Shown here: piece by piece, positions 31,530 to 39,641 of the stretch | How positions within the stretch are numbered: the first letter of the stretch is position 1 | How the letters are laid out: every line of letters starts with the position of its first letter | IMG/VR virus record: IMGVR_UViG_3300033148_003082 | Coordinates: 1 to 60,193 of that record | Strand: one strand, 5' to 3' | DNA length: 60,193 nt | Source: a virus | Lineage: Duplodnaviria > Caudoviricetes | Position numbers and translations under genes: made by a program | The notes under the pieces: model-generated | What the model saw: the letters and a program-made list of their open reading frames with translations, nothing else | Database searches by the model: none | What the model was told of the DNA's origin: nothing

Positions 31530-32210
31530 CTAAACGTCTAACATGCGGGTAGGATCGTTGTCTTCATCTTGCGTATTCATCATGTTGTATGCGCTTGTAA
31601 TACTAGAAGGTTGTGCTATGCCCTGAAAGTTTTCTTTAGCGTACTTGCACATCTTTTCAATATCGTTTGGTGTCAACTCCATGTTAACCCATACCCTGGC
31701 TTGTTTTATCCACTTGCCTTTGTTGTCTATCTTGATTTTGGGAAAATGTTTTTGGAACATCAATAGGTATAGTTGAACATCAGCAGGATAGTTAGCAAAA
31801 GCTTTGGGCTTTTTCTTTAACGAAAGTGATAGAAAATCTTCCCCTCCAGTATGTTTCTTTAAAGTACTTTCTTTTGTGTGTTCAATTTCTGGTATAGTTT
31901 TGGCTGTTTCTGGTTCAATTTCCGGTATAGTGTCGATTACCAGGGCATATTCAAATCCGTTTCTAATTTCGTATCTTCGCAGATATTTGTGTGCTACCGC
32001 CTGCTTTATTCCTTCCTGAACGGATGCTCTTGATAGTCCTGTTAGTCTCTCGAATTGTGTGTAACTTATTCTGTCTCTGCCTTTCTGCCAGCCGAATGTT
32101 TGCCTGCACGTAGCAAGGATTATCTTCAGCTCTGCCTTGCTCATGTTCTGGATTTGCTCGTCTAGCAGAACGTTTGGCACTTGTGTGTAGCTGGGTTTCT
32201 TATACGTCAT
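31530..32210 (-). CDS. Replication initiator (lambda O-like N-terminus)
   Basis: YTQVPN..LD...RQTFGWQK..DRISYTQF...TGLSR. Confidence 0.82.
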   Translation of the reverse strand: MTYKKPSYTQVPNVLLDEQIQNMSKAELKIILATCRQTFGWQKGRDRISYTQFERLTGLSRASVQEGIKQAVAHKYLRRYEIRNGFEYALVIDTIPEIEPETAKTIPEIEHTKESTLKKHTGGEDFLSLSLKKKPKAFANYPADVQLYLLMFQKHFPKIKIDNKGKWIKQARVWVNMELTPNDIEKMCKYAKENFQGIAQPSSITSAYNMMNTQDEDNDPTRMLDV

Positions 32211-32231
32211 TATATTTCCTTAAATAAATAA

Positions 32232-32325
32232 ACCCCTCTTGCCTGCCGACCTGGGGCATGTCGGTCTACCAAATTGACCGCACCCCGGCCTAGGGGGTGA
32301 AACCAAATCGGCAGAAAAGAAGGGT
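32232..32325 (-). ncRNA. Structured leader / C4-antisense-like RNA upstream of the initiator gene
   Basis: An 18-bp closing stem with G-U pairs on the minus strand encloses two hairpins (CACCCC/GGGGTG, CGGTC/GACCG). Confidence 0.55.
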
Positions 32326-32434
32326 CTATAAAATTCCTTTGATGATAAGTTACACGCATTTTGTGAAAATCCCTTAGGGTAGGCTATCCCCAATTATGTT
32401 CTTTAGTACTATTATACAGAAATATTCAGTTTTG

Positions 32435-32668
32435 TCAACTGGTTCCAATTCTCAACCTCCATGGTTTTGAAAACGGCATACTTTTTTCCCCAGTAATCTT
32501 GCAATATCTTCGCCCAAACAGTTTCAATCCGGAGCATTTGGCTTTGATGCAATTTGGACAAAAGACTATTGCTTTGGCTATTTCTTTGTACCCTTTTACA
32601 TACGTTACAAAAAAGCTTCCTCCGCAGCAACGGCAGTAATTGTGAGATTGTCCTTCAGCTATTATCAT
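32435..32668 (-). CDS. Small Cys-rich protein
   Basis: CRCC, CPNC and further Cys; ATGA coupling. Confidence 0.45.
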   Translation of the reverse strand: MIIAEGQSHNYCRCCGGSFFVTYVKGYKEIAKAIVFCPNCIKAKCSGLKLFGRRYCKITGEKSMPFSKPWRLRIGTS

Positions 32669-33009
32669 TCAGTGTCATGTCCGAAATTAGGTTTTGTTTT
32701 TAAGGGGATTCGTTCTAGCCATTTAATCATACGGTCTTTACCGTATCGTTTGCAGTTTTTGCTAAAAGCCCAAAATCCATATGAAACAAACGCCTTGTAA
32801 TATTTTTTAGGTTTGTCACTATGGCAGGGACGGCATAGTAAAATCAAGTTTTCAGGATCGTCCAACCCTTTAAAATATTTTCGAGCCCAGGCTTTAGTTA
32901 TGCAAGCGTGATCGGCATCAAGGACAAGTGCAGGGCGATTACACAGTTCACACGCTCTTCCTCTTTCTTCTATTAATTTTGATTTTATGTTTTCTTTATA
33001 ATTAATAAT
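32665..33009 (-). CDS. HNH/NinG-like nuclease with non-canonical start
   Basis: The frame extends upstream of the listed TTG: RGRACELC...DADH...DDPENLILLCRPCH. Only ATT/ATA codons are available after the upstream stop. Confidence 0.6.
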   Translation of the reverse strand: MINYKENIKSKLIEERGRACELCNRPALVLDADHACITKAWARKYFKGLDDPENLILLCRPCHSDKPKKYYKAFVSYGFWAFSKNCKRYGKDRMIKWLERIPLKTKPNFGHDTE

Positions 33010-34117
33010 CGGTTCCCTTTATTGGTCCCGCGACGCCTTTCCAACTTTTTCCTAAGACTATTAAACTTATGGTACTTCTTTCGATATTGTATTGTTTTGC
33101 AAGATCCGACTGTGTAATATTTTGCAATTTGTACTTGTTTCTTATTTCAAGAACTTCGTGGTTTTTCAATCTTTCGTTTTTTGTAATTGGACCACCTACA
33201 TGTTTCCATGCTTTTCCGTTTACTATTCTATTAATAACACTGCTATCAATGCCAAATTCTTTACCTAGGACTGTTTGCTTTTTGCCTAAAGCAAATTTGT
33301 TTCTTATTGAAATTACTTTTTCCTTAGACAATTTTGACGAATGAACTTTTCCGCCTTTACAAATAAAGGAATTGTTTACTATAGGACCTCCAGCTTCTTT
33401 CCAATATTTTCCTTGTAAAAGAAGGGAAACATATTGTTTTTTAATATTATATTTTTTAGATATTTCTTCTATTGACAAACGTTTATTATGGAATAATTCT
33501 CGAATTGTTTTTACTTGTCTTCTGGTGAGTTTCAATCCTTTTTCCCCCCTGCGATAATTCGCTTTATTTTTTGTTATAGGCCCTTTTACATGTTTCCATG
33601 TATCGTGTTTCACAACACACTTAATAGTAGAAGGATGCACATTGAATTCTATGGCAAGTTCCCGTTGGGTTATTTTACTGTTGGCATATTTTCTTCTTAT
33701 TTTTAACACGTCTTTTTCTGTAAGTTTTGAACACCAGCTACTTTCCCCTTCTAAGGCACTGCCAATTCTCCTTTTTGATTCTTCGGAATGGTGGTGGTCA
33801 AAAAAAGGATTCTCCTTTCCCGGCAAATTGCCACCACTGGCTTGTTTCTTTATGTTATATTGATATTTTTTTGAATCAAGATATTCTTGCTCTTTCTCAA
33901 ATCTTTCGCCAAGAGTAGACTGAGGCATTTCTAATATAACATCAAGGACAAAAACTTTTTCCCCGTATTTATTCCAAGCATTTTGCAAATATCGGTTGTC
34001 GTGGCGATTTCCATTAAGGCTATTTCTGTGTTGTTGCCATCTTCTTGGCATGTCGCAACTAGATCCTAGATATAAATGCCCATTTATTTTGTTCTTTATT
34101 TGATAAATTCCTTCCAT
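33002..34117 (-). CDS. GIY-YIG homing endonuclease with NUMOD3 and four tandem HTH repeats
   Basis: GIYQIKN..YLGSS; HSEESKRRIG; four repeats ending in W...GPI. Confidence 0.88.
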   Translation of the reverse strand: MEGIYQIKNKINGHLYLGSSCDMPRRWQQHRNSLNGNRHDNRYLQNAWNKYGEKVFVLDVILEMPQSTLGERFEKEQEYLDSKKYQYNIKKQASGGNLPGKENPFFDHHHSEESKRRIGSALEGESSWCSKLTEKDVLKIRRKYANSKITQRELAIEFNVHPSTIKCVVKHDTWKHVKGPITKNKANYRRGEKGLKLTRRQVKTIRELFHNKRLSIEEISKKYNIKKQYVSLLLQGKYWKEAGGPIVNNSFICKGGKVHSSKLSKEKVISIRNKFALGKKQTVLGKEFGIDSSVINRIVNGKAWKHVGGPITKNERLKNHEVLEIRNKYKLQNITQSDLAKQYNIERSTISLIVLGKSWKGVAGPIKGTDY

Positions 34118-34360
34118 TTTGTTTTCTCGCTTTCTGCATTGACGGAACGATTATACCAATTTGTCTAGTAAGGAAAAGGCTTTTTCTTGTTTGGAATTTC
34201 TTTGAAAGTTATCTGGATGGTATCGGGATATTGCGGATTTTGACTTATTGCAATTTCCACAATTTCAAACACTCCGCCAAACGATCCGCATTTGTCTAGC
34301 ACCTTTAGGCTTATTTCTTTTTTTAAACTCAAAAGAACCAAAAGAATTTTTAGCAGCATT

Positions 34361-34642
34361 TTATTTCTCCTTTTGATAAGAAGCTAACCTTTTTCTAATT
34401 TTATCGCTGTAGACTTCTTGGTTGAGTTCAATCACTAAATCAGATATCCAAGATCCTTTTGGCGCGTTATGAGAAATGATCGCCAATGTAATCATGTCTG
34501 GATAATGCCTTTCAGCAGCCCATCCCTCAATTGTCTGCCGGGTTGGAGTTTCGCCCGGATAATATTTAAACATTTGGTCCAACATTTTGTCGTAAGTTAA
34601 TCCTAGTTCTTTTTTCCATCGCCTAATTATATTGCCGTACAT
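34361..34642 (-). CDS. XRE/Cro-like HTH regulator
   Basis: IRRWKKELGLT...TRQTIEGW...HYP; GGAGG RBS; behind a divergent promoter pair. Confidence 0.65.
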   Translation of the reverse strand: MYGNIIRRWKKELGLTYDKMLDQMFKYYPGETPTRQTIEGWAAERHYPDMITLAIISHNAPKGSWISDLVIELNQEVYSDKIRKRLASYQKEK

Positions 34643-34672
34643 AACTAAACCTCCTTGATTTTGTCTGGCTAC

Positions 34673-34701
34673 ATTTTACATTAGGATGAATGCGCTGTCA
34701 A
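34673..34701 (-). promoter_or_regulatory. Sigma70 promoter (leftward)
   Basis: TTGACA-17-TAAAAT on the minus strand. Confidence 0.7.
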
Positions 34702-34720
34702 GTAATCTCTTGTAAAGTGC

Positions 34721-34749
34721 TTGACATGCTGTAATTTATCGTGTAAAAT
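34721..34749 (+). promoter_or_regulatory. Sigma70 promoter (rightward, drives the RNA cluster)
   Basis: TTGACA-17-TAAAAT. Confidence 0.7.
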
Positions 34750-34819
34750 GATTGCAAGTATTTTCTCCTTCAAAAAGGGCTGGTCGGCAGGGGCTGGCCC
34801 TTGGGAGAGAGAAAACGAA

Positions 34820-35016
34820 TAGCGAGCGGTATAGCAACTGCTAGGAACAAACCTGGATGTTCCGAAATATACTTGCGCTGTTATCCCAGGATATACAATG
34901 AGTATCCGGCTCTGCTAAGAGTTGCGCATAAATTGTGGGAAATGAAGATGGAGGAAAGCTTTTGCTTTCTGAAGCAAGATCCATCGGTTGCATCGGTGAA
35001 AATCCGGTCTCGCTAG
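34820..35016 (+). ncRNA. Large tRNA-shaped structured RNA
   Basis: 7-bp acceptor-like stem TAGCGAG/CTCGCTA stacked on a T-arm-like ATCGG-TGAAAAT-CCGGT, with several internal hairpins. Confidence 0.5.
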
Positions 35017-35083
35017 ATATAAAAAGGGGAGCACGGCCAAACACATTACGATTGTAGTGTCAACGATTGCCAAGGAGACTTAA

Positions 35084-35338
35084 ATGATTGATAGCAAGGA
35101 TCGGAAAAAGTATTTTATTATCGGTGTCTTTGTTGTCTTTTTTCTGTGTTGTTTGTGTTTTTGGATTATCCAACTTGCGTGGAATTCTTTAATGCCTATG
35201 TTCGGTTTGCCAGAGTTAGACTTTTGGCAAATGATAGATTTGTATTTTTTAGTCCAAGTGTTTTTCGTTTGGCCATTTGTAGTATTGACGAACAGGAAGA
35301 AGCGAAATAAAAAAGAGGCATTCCCGCGGGAAGAATAA
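35084..35338 (+). CDS. Small membrane protein
   Basis: AGGAG RBS; two TM segments; WNSLMPMFGLPELDFWQ. Confidence 0.65.
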   Translation: MIDSKDRKKYFIIGVFVVFFLCCLCFWIIQLAWNSLMPMFGLPELDFWQMIDLYFLVQVFFVWPFVVLTNRKKRNKKEAFPREE

Positions 35339-35425
35339 TCTTACCCTTTGGTAGTCCTCTTATCGTGATGAATATATGTTATCAGATTACTTTGAATTGT
35401 CAATTGCAAGTGGACAGAATAACAA

Positions 35426-35521
35426 GGGCGTGATGGGTTTCGATTGGGTAAGGCATCTATGGGTGAAAGAATCCCGGACGAAACAGCCTCCAACGCCTGG
35501 GTTCGATTCCCAGAACGTCCA
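35426..35521 (+). ncRNA. Miniature tmRNA-like RNA (tRNA-like domain only)
   Basis: 5' GGGCGTG-ATGGGTTTCGA-TTGG; 3' CCAA-CGC-CTGGG-TTCGATT-CCCAG-AACGTCC-A; G3.U70 and A73. Confidence 0.6.
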
Positions 35522-35525
35522 TTAA

Positions 35526-35599
35526 GAGACGGTAGTTCAACGGAGCAGAGCATATCCCTTCTAAGGATAAGATTGCAGGTTCAAATCCTGCCCGTCTCT
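35526..35599 (+). tRNA. tRNA-Arg(TCT)
   Basis: Cloverleaf GAGACGG/CCGTCTC; anticodon arm TATCC-CTTCTAA-GGATA; T-arm GCAGG-TTCAAAT-CCTGC; CCA not encoded. Confidence 0.92.
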
Positions 35600-35627
35600 C
35601 ATTTTACAAACATTTAAAAAAGGAGAA

Positions 35628-36038
35628 ATGAAAATGTTTCAGTCTGTAACTATAGTGGGTTTCCTCGGTCGCCCGCCAGAAATGCGCTACCTTCCAAGTG
35701 GACAAGCGGTGACTAATATCTCTGTCGCAACTAGTCGTAAGTATACCGATTCTAATGAGCAGAAAGTTGATGAGACCACCTGGTTCAAAGTGTCTATATG
35801 GGGCGCCCAGGCGGAAGCTGTAAATCAGTACCTTAAGCAAGGCAGCAAAGTTTTGGTTATAGGCCGATTGCGTCCAGATCCAGAAACCGGAGGGCCCAAT
35901 ATTTGGACCCGTAATGATGGAACACCTGGAGCGAGTTTTGAAATCACAGCCAGCCAGGTAGTGTTTTTGTCTTCAAAGTCAGAAGATAGTGGAAGTGATC
36001 TGGTATTAGATAAGGATGAAGGCAGTATCCCGTTCTAA
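35628..36038 (+). CDS. ssb: Single-stranded DNA-binding protein
   Basis: GFLGRPPEMRY.PSG.AV, ETTWF, GSKVLV.GRL and acidic IPF tail. Confidence 0.95.
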   Translation: MKMFQSVTIVGFLGRPPEMRYLPSGQAVTNISVATSRKYTDSNEQKVDETTWFKVSIWGAQAEAVNQYLKQGSKVLVIGRLRPDPETGGPNIWTRNDGTPGASFEITASQVVFLSSKSEDSGSDLVLDKDEGSIPF

Positions 36039-36178
36039 CAATAAAGACGAATGTTGAAGAATTTTATCCCGCCGCTATAAACACCAGCGGGATTTTCTTA
36101 ACTTTTTCCACAGCAATAATGTTTTTTGGTATAATATCTTTTTGTGGAAATAAAAGACTATTTTAAAGAGAGGGAGAT

Positions 36179-36814
36179 ATGCTTGCAGTAGAACAAGAAC
36201 GTAAAACTTATGTAGTGCCAGAAGATGTTTTGACAATAGAAGATGAAGCATTATTAATGGGGGTTAGAGACAGTATACGAGACAACTATTTTTTAGTAGG
36301 CCGAATAGCAAACAAGTATATTGAGATGACCTCAAGAGGCGGGCTGCCAGTTACCTTCCGAGACATTTATCACCAAGTTGGGAGAATTGTTGGGAAGGCT
36401 GATAGGACCATTAGATATTACGCTGAAGTAGAAAATTTTTATACAAGAGAGGATCAACTAGAATACGATATATTGCCGTTCAACTTCTTTGATTACGCCA
36501 GGGCTTATGCTAACTGGCGCGAGATATTGGATTACGCAATGGAATATCCCAGTTATTCACTAGGAGCAATCAAAAGAAAATTTGGCATAGATGGAATTGA
36601 GAACGGGACAGAAAATGAGCAAGAAATTCATAAAGGTTCTCGACAATTAGCCATTTATTCTCTTGCGAATTTGATTTCTGAGTTTTGCGATCATTTGATG
36701 GATCTTGCAGAAGAAAGCGAAGATGCGTTTGTAGTTGAGGATATTGATAAAATCAATCAATCTCTTCGCGGCTTATTGGCAAAACTGGTTGACAACTTTA
36801 GCGAAAGAGGCTAG
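36179..36814 (+). CDS. Hypothetical protein (possible DNA-binding)
   Basis: GGGAG RBS; 211-aa ORF. Confidence 0.6.
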   Translation: MLAVEQERKTYVVPEDVLTIEDEALLMGVRDSIRDNYFLVGRIANKYIEMTSRGGLPVTFRDIYHQVGRIVGKADRTIRYYAEVENFYTREDQLEYDILPFNFFDYARAYANWREILDYAMEYPSYSLGAIKRKFGIDGIENGTENEQEIHKGSRQLAIYSLANLISEFCDHLMDLAEESEDAFVVEDIDKINQSLRGLLAKLVDNFSERG

Positions 36815-36817
36815 AAT
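36789..36817 (+). promoter_or_regulatory. Sigma70 promoter for a small RNA
   Basis: TTGACA-17-TAGAAT overlapping the end of the upstream ORF. Confidence 0.55.
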
Positions 36818-36858
36818 ATATTTAGTGGGAAGCCCATCCCCGCTATTGCTCCCCGTGG

Positions 36859-36902
36859 TGTGCGCTGGTCTAGTCTCCGGATTAGCGCACATTATTTTTT
36901 TT
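36859..36902 (+). terminator. Intrinsic terminator
   Basis: GTGCGCTGGTC...GATTAGCGCAC stem followed by a T-run, between convergent gene blocks. Confidence 0.65.
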
Positions 36903-37108
36903 AATCTTTTTTAAAGTTTACGGAATTGGTCTTGCAGATGCGTATGGAAAAACCAACAACCAGATTGTTAAAACAATAAGCAAAGCAATTGTTAGGCGAT
37001 TTTCAATATCCACGGGTCCCCTCCTTTGTAATTAGCGGGTCAGCTTCGTCCATAATCATAACAACTCCTTTTCTAAATATCGTTCAGATTATAGCATATT
37101 TTTGTTTT

Positions 37109-37402
37109 TCACGGCGATATGTTAATGTCTGTTTTTTCCTGTGGGTTTTTCAATGCTTCCAGCTCTTTGAGCAAAAGTTCATTGGCAAAGGTTTCCTGAA
37201 CGAGCTGCTCTTTCAGTCTTTCGTTTTCTGCTACTAGGCTTCCTATATCCTCTAGCATCCTGCCCGATGACTCAAGGCAGTACTGATTCTGCTCTTCAAT
37301 CACTTTGATGCGGACTTCGAGTTTGCCAACTAGCTCAATATAAGCATCTTCCATATCAGACATTTCTTGCTCATATTTGTTTTCTATATCTTGCAGGTTC
37401 AT
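37109..37402 (-). CDS. Coiled-coil hypothetical protein
   Basis: GGAG RBS; heptad pattern. Confidence 0.55.
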   Translation of the reverse strand: MNLQDIENKYEQEMSDMEDAYIELVGKLEVRIKVIEEQNQYCLESSGRMLEDIGSLVAENERLKEQLVQETFANELLLKELEALKNPQEKTDINISP

Positions 37403-37887
37403 TGTTCACTCCTTAGCCAGTCAGGAAAAAGCTTTGGCTTCAATCCTTCTCCTTGGCAATCCAAAACATATCTTTCGTATTCATCCCACTTACGCAGGGC
37501 AATCTCGTTAGCGTATTTTTCAAAGTCTGGACGCATAGTCATTCCGTTGTAATGTGCTTGTGATATTATTCGCTCAAACTCATCTTTCCCGTCAAGGGAG
37601 CTCGGTTTTACCGGCAGTCCACAAAAACACGCTTCTCCTGGGGCTAGTGGGGAGTTGGGGCAATAAAATTGTACCTCCGTATACTTAGCAATCTTGTCTA
37701 ACGCTATGGATACAGTGAGCATGTTGTCCTGCAAGCGTGTATTTTCAGCCTCAAGTGTATCTATTGTATCCCGTAACTTAATGTTCTCTGTAATTTTGTC
37801 GTGTGTTACGTGTTCAATAGTTGCAAGTTGCTCTTTAAGTTCTATGACAAGAAGCTCACTTATCGTCATTGATGGATGCGGTTTCAT
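37399..37887 (-). CDS. Hypothetical protein
   Basis: GGAGG RBS at the junction motif; coupled stop/start. Confidence 0.55.
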   Translation of the reverse strand: MKPHPSMTISELLVIELKEQLATIEHVTHDKITENIKLRDTIDTLEAENTRLQDNMLTVSIALDKIAKYTEVQFYCPNSPLAPGEACFCGLPVKPSSLDGKDEFERIISQAHYNGMTMRPDFEKYANEIALRKWDEYERYVLDCQGEGLKPKLFPDWLRSEQ

Positions 37888-38336
37888 CGTTCCTCCTTGT
37901 CTAGCCTGTCGATAAGCAAGCAAGCTGGCATCATATGAGCATTTTCTTCATTGTCTTTGCTTATAAACTCCTCAATCACTCGTTTGGTAATCTCTTCGTC
38001 TGTTTCCGGCTTCCACTCAGTTTTTACCAACGTATCTAAAAAGTCTGGAAATATTACAAATTGTTTTCTGTGGTTATCGTATTCTTTTGTTACCGCCCAA
38101 ACCATATTAGCTTCTTGTTCTGTAATGCCGTCCACCGCCAATCTTGGCCCTTCTTCACTAACAAGGGAAAGAGAATCAAGATAATTCTTGAACCATGAAT
38201 TTCTGTGCCAGCCGTCTATCGTTATAAATGACAAATACCTTTGAAAAGCTCTATATAGTACTGCTCTCGCTTTTTGACTAATGAAGGCTTTGTCATTCTC
38301 GCTTATTTCTTTTTCCCAATATTCTTCCCATTTCAT
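37884..38336 (-). CDS. Hypothetical protein with ETDEEITKRVIE module
   Basis: RBS; module shared with 58188..58607. Confidence 0.55.
   Translation of the reverse strand: MKWEEYWEKEISENDKAFISQKARAVLYRAFQRYLSFITIDGWHRNSWFKNYLDSLSLVSEEGPRLAVDGITEQEANMVWAVTKEYDNHRKQFVIFPDFLDTLVKTEWKPETDEEITKRVIEEFISKDNEENAHMMPACLLIDRLDKEER
37971..38006. repeat. 36-bp dispersed repeat (copy at 58269-58304; weaker copy near 41800-41835)
   Basis: CTCAATCACTCG(T/C)TTGGTAATCTCTTC(G/A)TC(T/G)GTTTC, 3 mismatches. Confidence 0.8.
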
Positions 38337-38533
38337 CGTTCACTCCTTTGGTCTAGCCACTCTAGCCTCTCATTACCCCTTGAGCATAAGTGAAAACATT
38401 CCTTCTTGCCTCTACTATTTATTATTTCCACAAATACCCAATATTTAGGAAGTCGCTCTTTTTGAAGCAGTTCATGGTTCGCTATCATTCCGCATCCGTC
38501 ACAAGTAAATATCTCTCTGTGCGCAATACTCAT
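38333..38533 (-). CDS. Small Zn-finger-like protein
   Basis: TCDGCG...HLCS; GGAGG RBS. Confidence 0.5.
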   Translation of the reverse strand: MSIAHREIFTCDGCGMIANHELLQKERLPKYWVFVEIINSRGKKECFHLCSRGNERLEWLDQRSER

Positions 38534-38702
38534 TTATCCTCCTGGTAAAGCGATCCCGCAACCCATCCACCAAAAGCAGGGAGAAAGAAGGCAAGAAACA
38601 CATTCAATATATCTATTGTCCATCCGTCAAAATACAAGATGGCTGTTCCCGTTATGACGCCAATGTAAAAGGTTAATAAAATTAAAGCAAGCATGTATCT
38701 TT

Positions 38703-38924
38703 TCATTTGTTCTCCTTGTTTATTTTTTCCATGAAATCAAGTATCCCCGCATGAATGCCACACATTACGTCCTTGCAAATTTCTCCATCTTTTTCAATGT
38801 ACCAACGCATCCCCTGTTCTTCAAGCTCTTGGCAATCATCGCTAAGTTCTTCTATCGTTTCACCCCATGCTTTTGGGGCATAAAATATACCGCAATTGTA
38901 ACTAGCCATTAGTTTGTAAGTCAC
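38703..38924 (-). CDS. Hypothetical protein
   Basis: GGAG RBS; coupled to neighbour. Confidence 0.45.
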   Translation of the reverse strand: MTYKLMASYNCGIFYAPKAWGETIEELSDDCQELEEQGMRWYIEKDGEICKDVMCGIHAGILDFMEKINKENK

Positions 38925-39238
38925 TGTATTCTCCTTACGTAGCGTATTTTGTTCTGTCTTGCTTTTTTTAATATCGCAAACCGAGAACGTCCTAACAAAC
39001 TGGGTGACTTAGTGCCGTAATAGGGATACTCTTCTTCAAGCGCTTTGTATTCCCACAATTCCCATTCAAGCCCGTTCCTTTCGGGAATGTGTTTCTTTCT
39101 AGGTACGTAATTAATGCTGTGTTTTCCCGCTTGAGCAATGATTGCTAAAGGACTGTGATGCGACAAGGGTGGGATCCTGCACCCGTAATCAGGATATTTA
39201 TTTTTTAGTATGTTTATCTCGTTCGTTGTCCAGTTCAT
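38921..39238 (-). CDS. Protein with two Myb/SANT-like repeats
   Basis: WTTNEINILKNKYPDYG and WELWEYKALEEEYPYYG repeats. Confidence 0.55.
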   Translation of the reverse strand: MNWTTNEINILKNKYPDYGCRIPPLSHHSPLAIIAQAGKHSINYVPRKKHIPERNGLEWELWEYKALEEEYPYYGTKSPSLLGRSRFAILKKARQNKIRYVRRIQ

Positions 39239-39641
39239 AAGTCTCCTGTTTCTCAAGTAACTTTGGCAGCCAAGCAGGCGCATATCTTCTCGGCTCAGCC
39301 AATTTCCCGATAATAATAATCTTTTGTTCTTTTGCCAACGATGCCAACATATTTACGATTGTTGATCCGTGGGGAATATTAAACTCTGTTGAGATTTCTC
39401 TTGTCGTTGGCGGTCTGTAATTTTCTAAGAAATAACTCGATATAAATTCTGCGACTTTATCATAATCGTGTTTCCGATAATCAGAACAGGTCCGAGATTT
39501 GTGACTTGGGAATTGGCTCAATATCAGACATACAGCAGAAGGAGAAAGACCGCGACTAGCAGCAATGTCAGCCATGGAAAGATTGGAGTTGTGATAGGTA
39601 TCGAATATTTCTTGATTTCTTTCTTCTTTAGATTTATTCAT
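39198..39641 (-). CDS. HTH plus LexA-type DNA-binding domain protein (no peptidase domain)
   Basis: SMADIAASRGLSPSAV HTH, then FISSYFLENYRPPTTREI...STIV..L..L. Confidence 0.65.
   Translation of the reverse strand: MNKSKEERNQEIFDTYHNSNLSMADIAASRGLSPSAVCLILSQFPSHKSRTCSDYRKHDYDKVAEFISSYFLENYRPPTTREISTEFNIPHGSTIVNMLASLAKEQKIIIIGKLAEPRRYAPAWLPKLLEKQETYELDNERDKHTKK

Noticed and set aside
34828-34872. Hammerhead ribozyme (stem followed by GAAA)
   Set aside because: The core reads CTGCTA rather than CTGANGA, and there is no correctly placed NUH.
34992-35008. Cobalamin riboswitch (GGTGAAAATCC)
   Set aside because: No B12 box or related downstream gene; the element fits a T-arm stacked on a 7-bp stem better.
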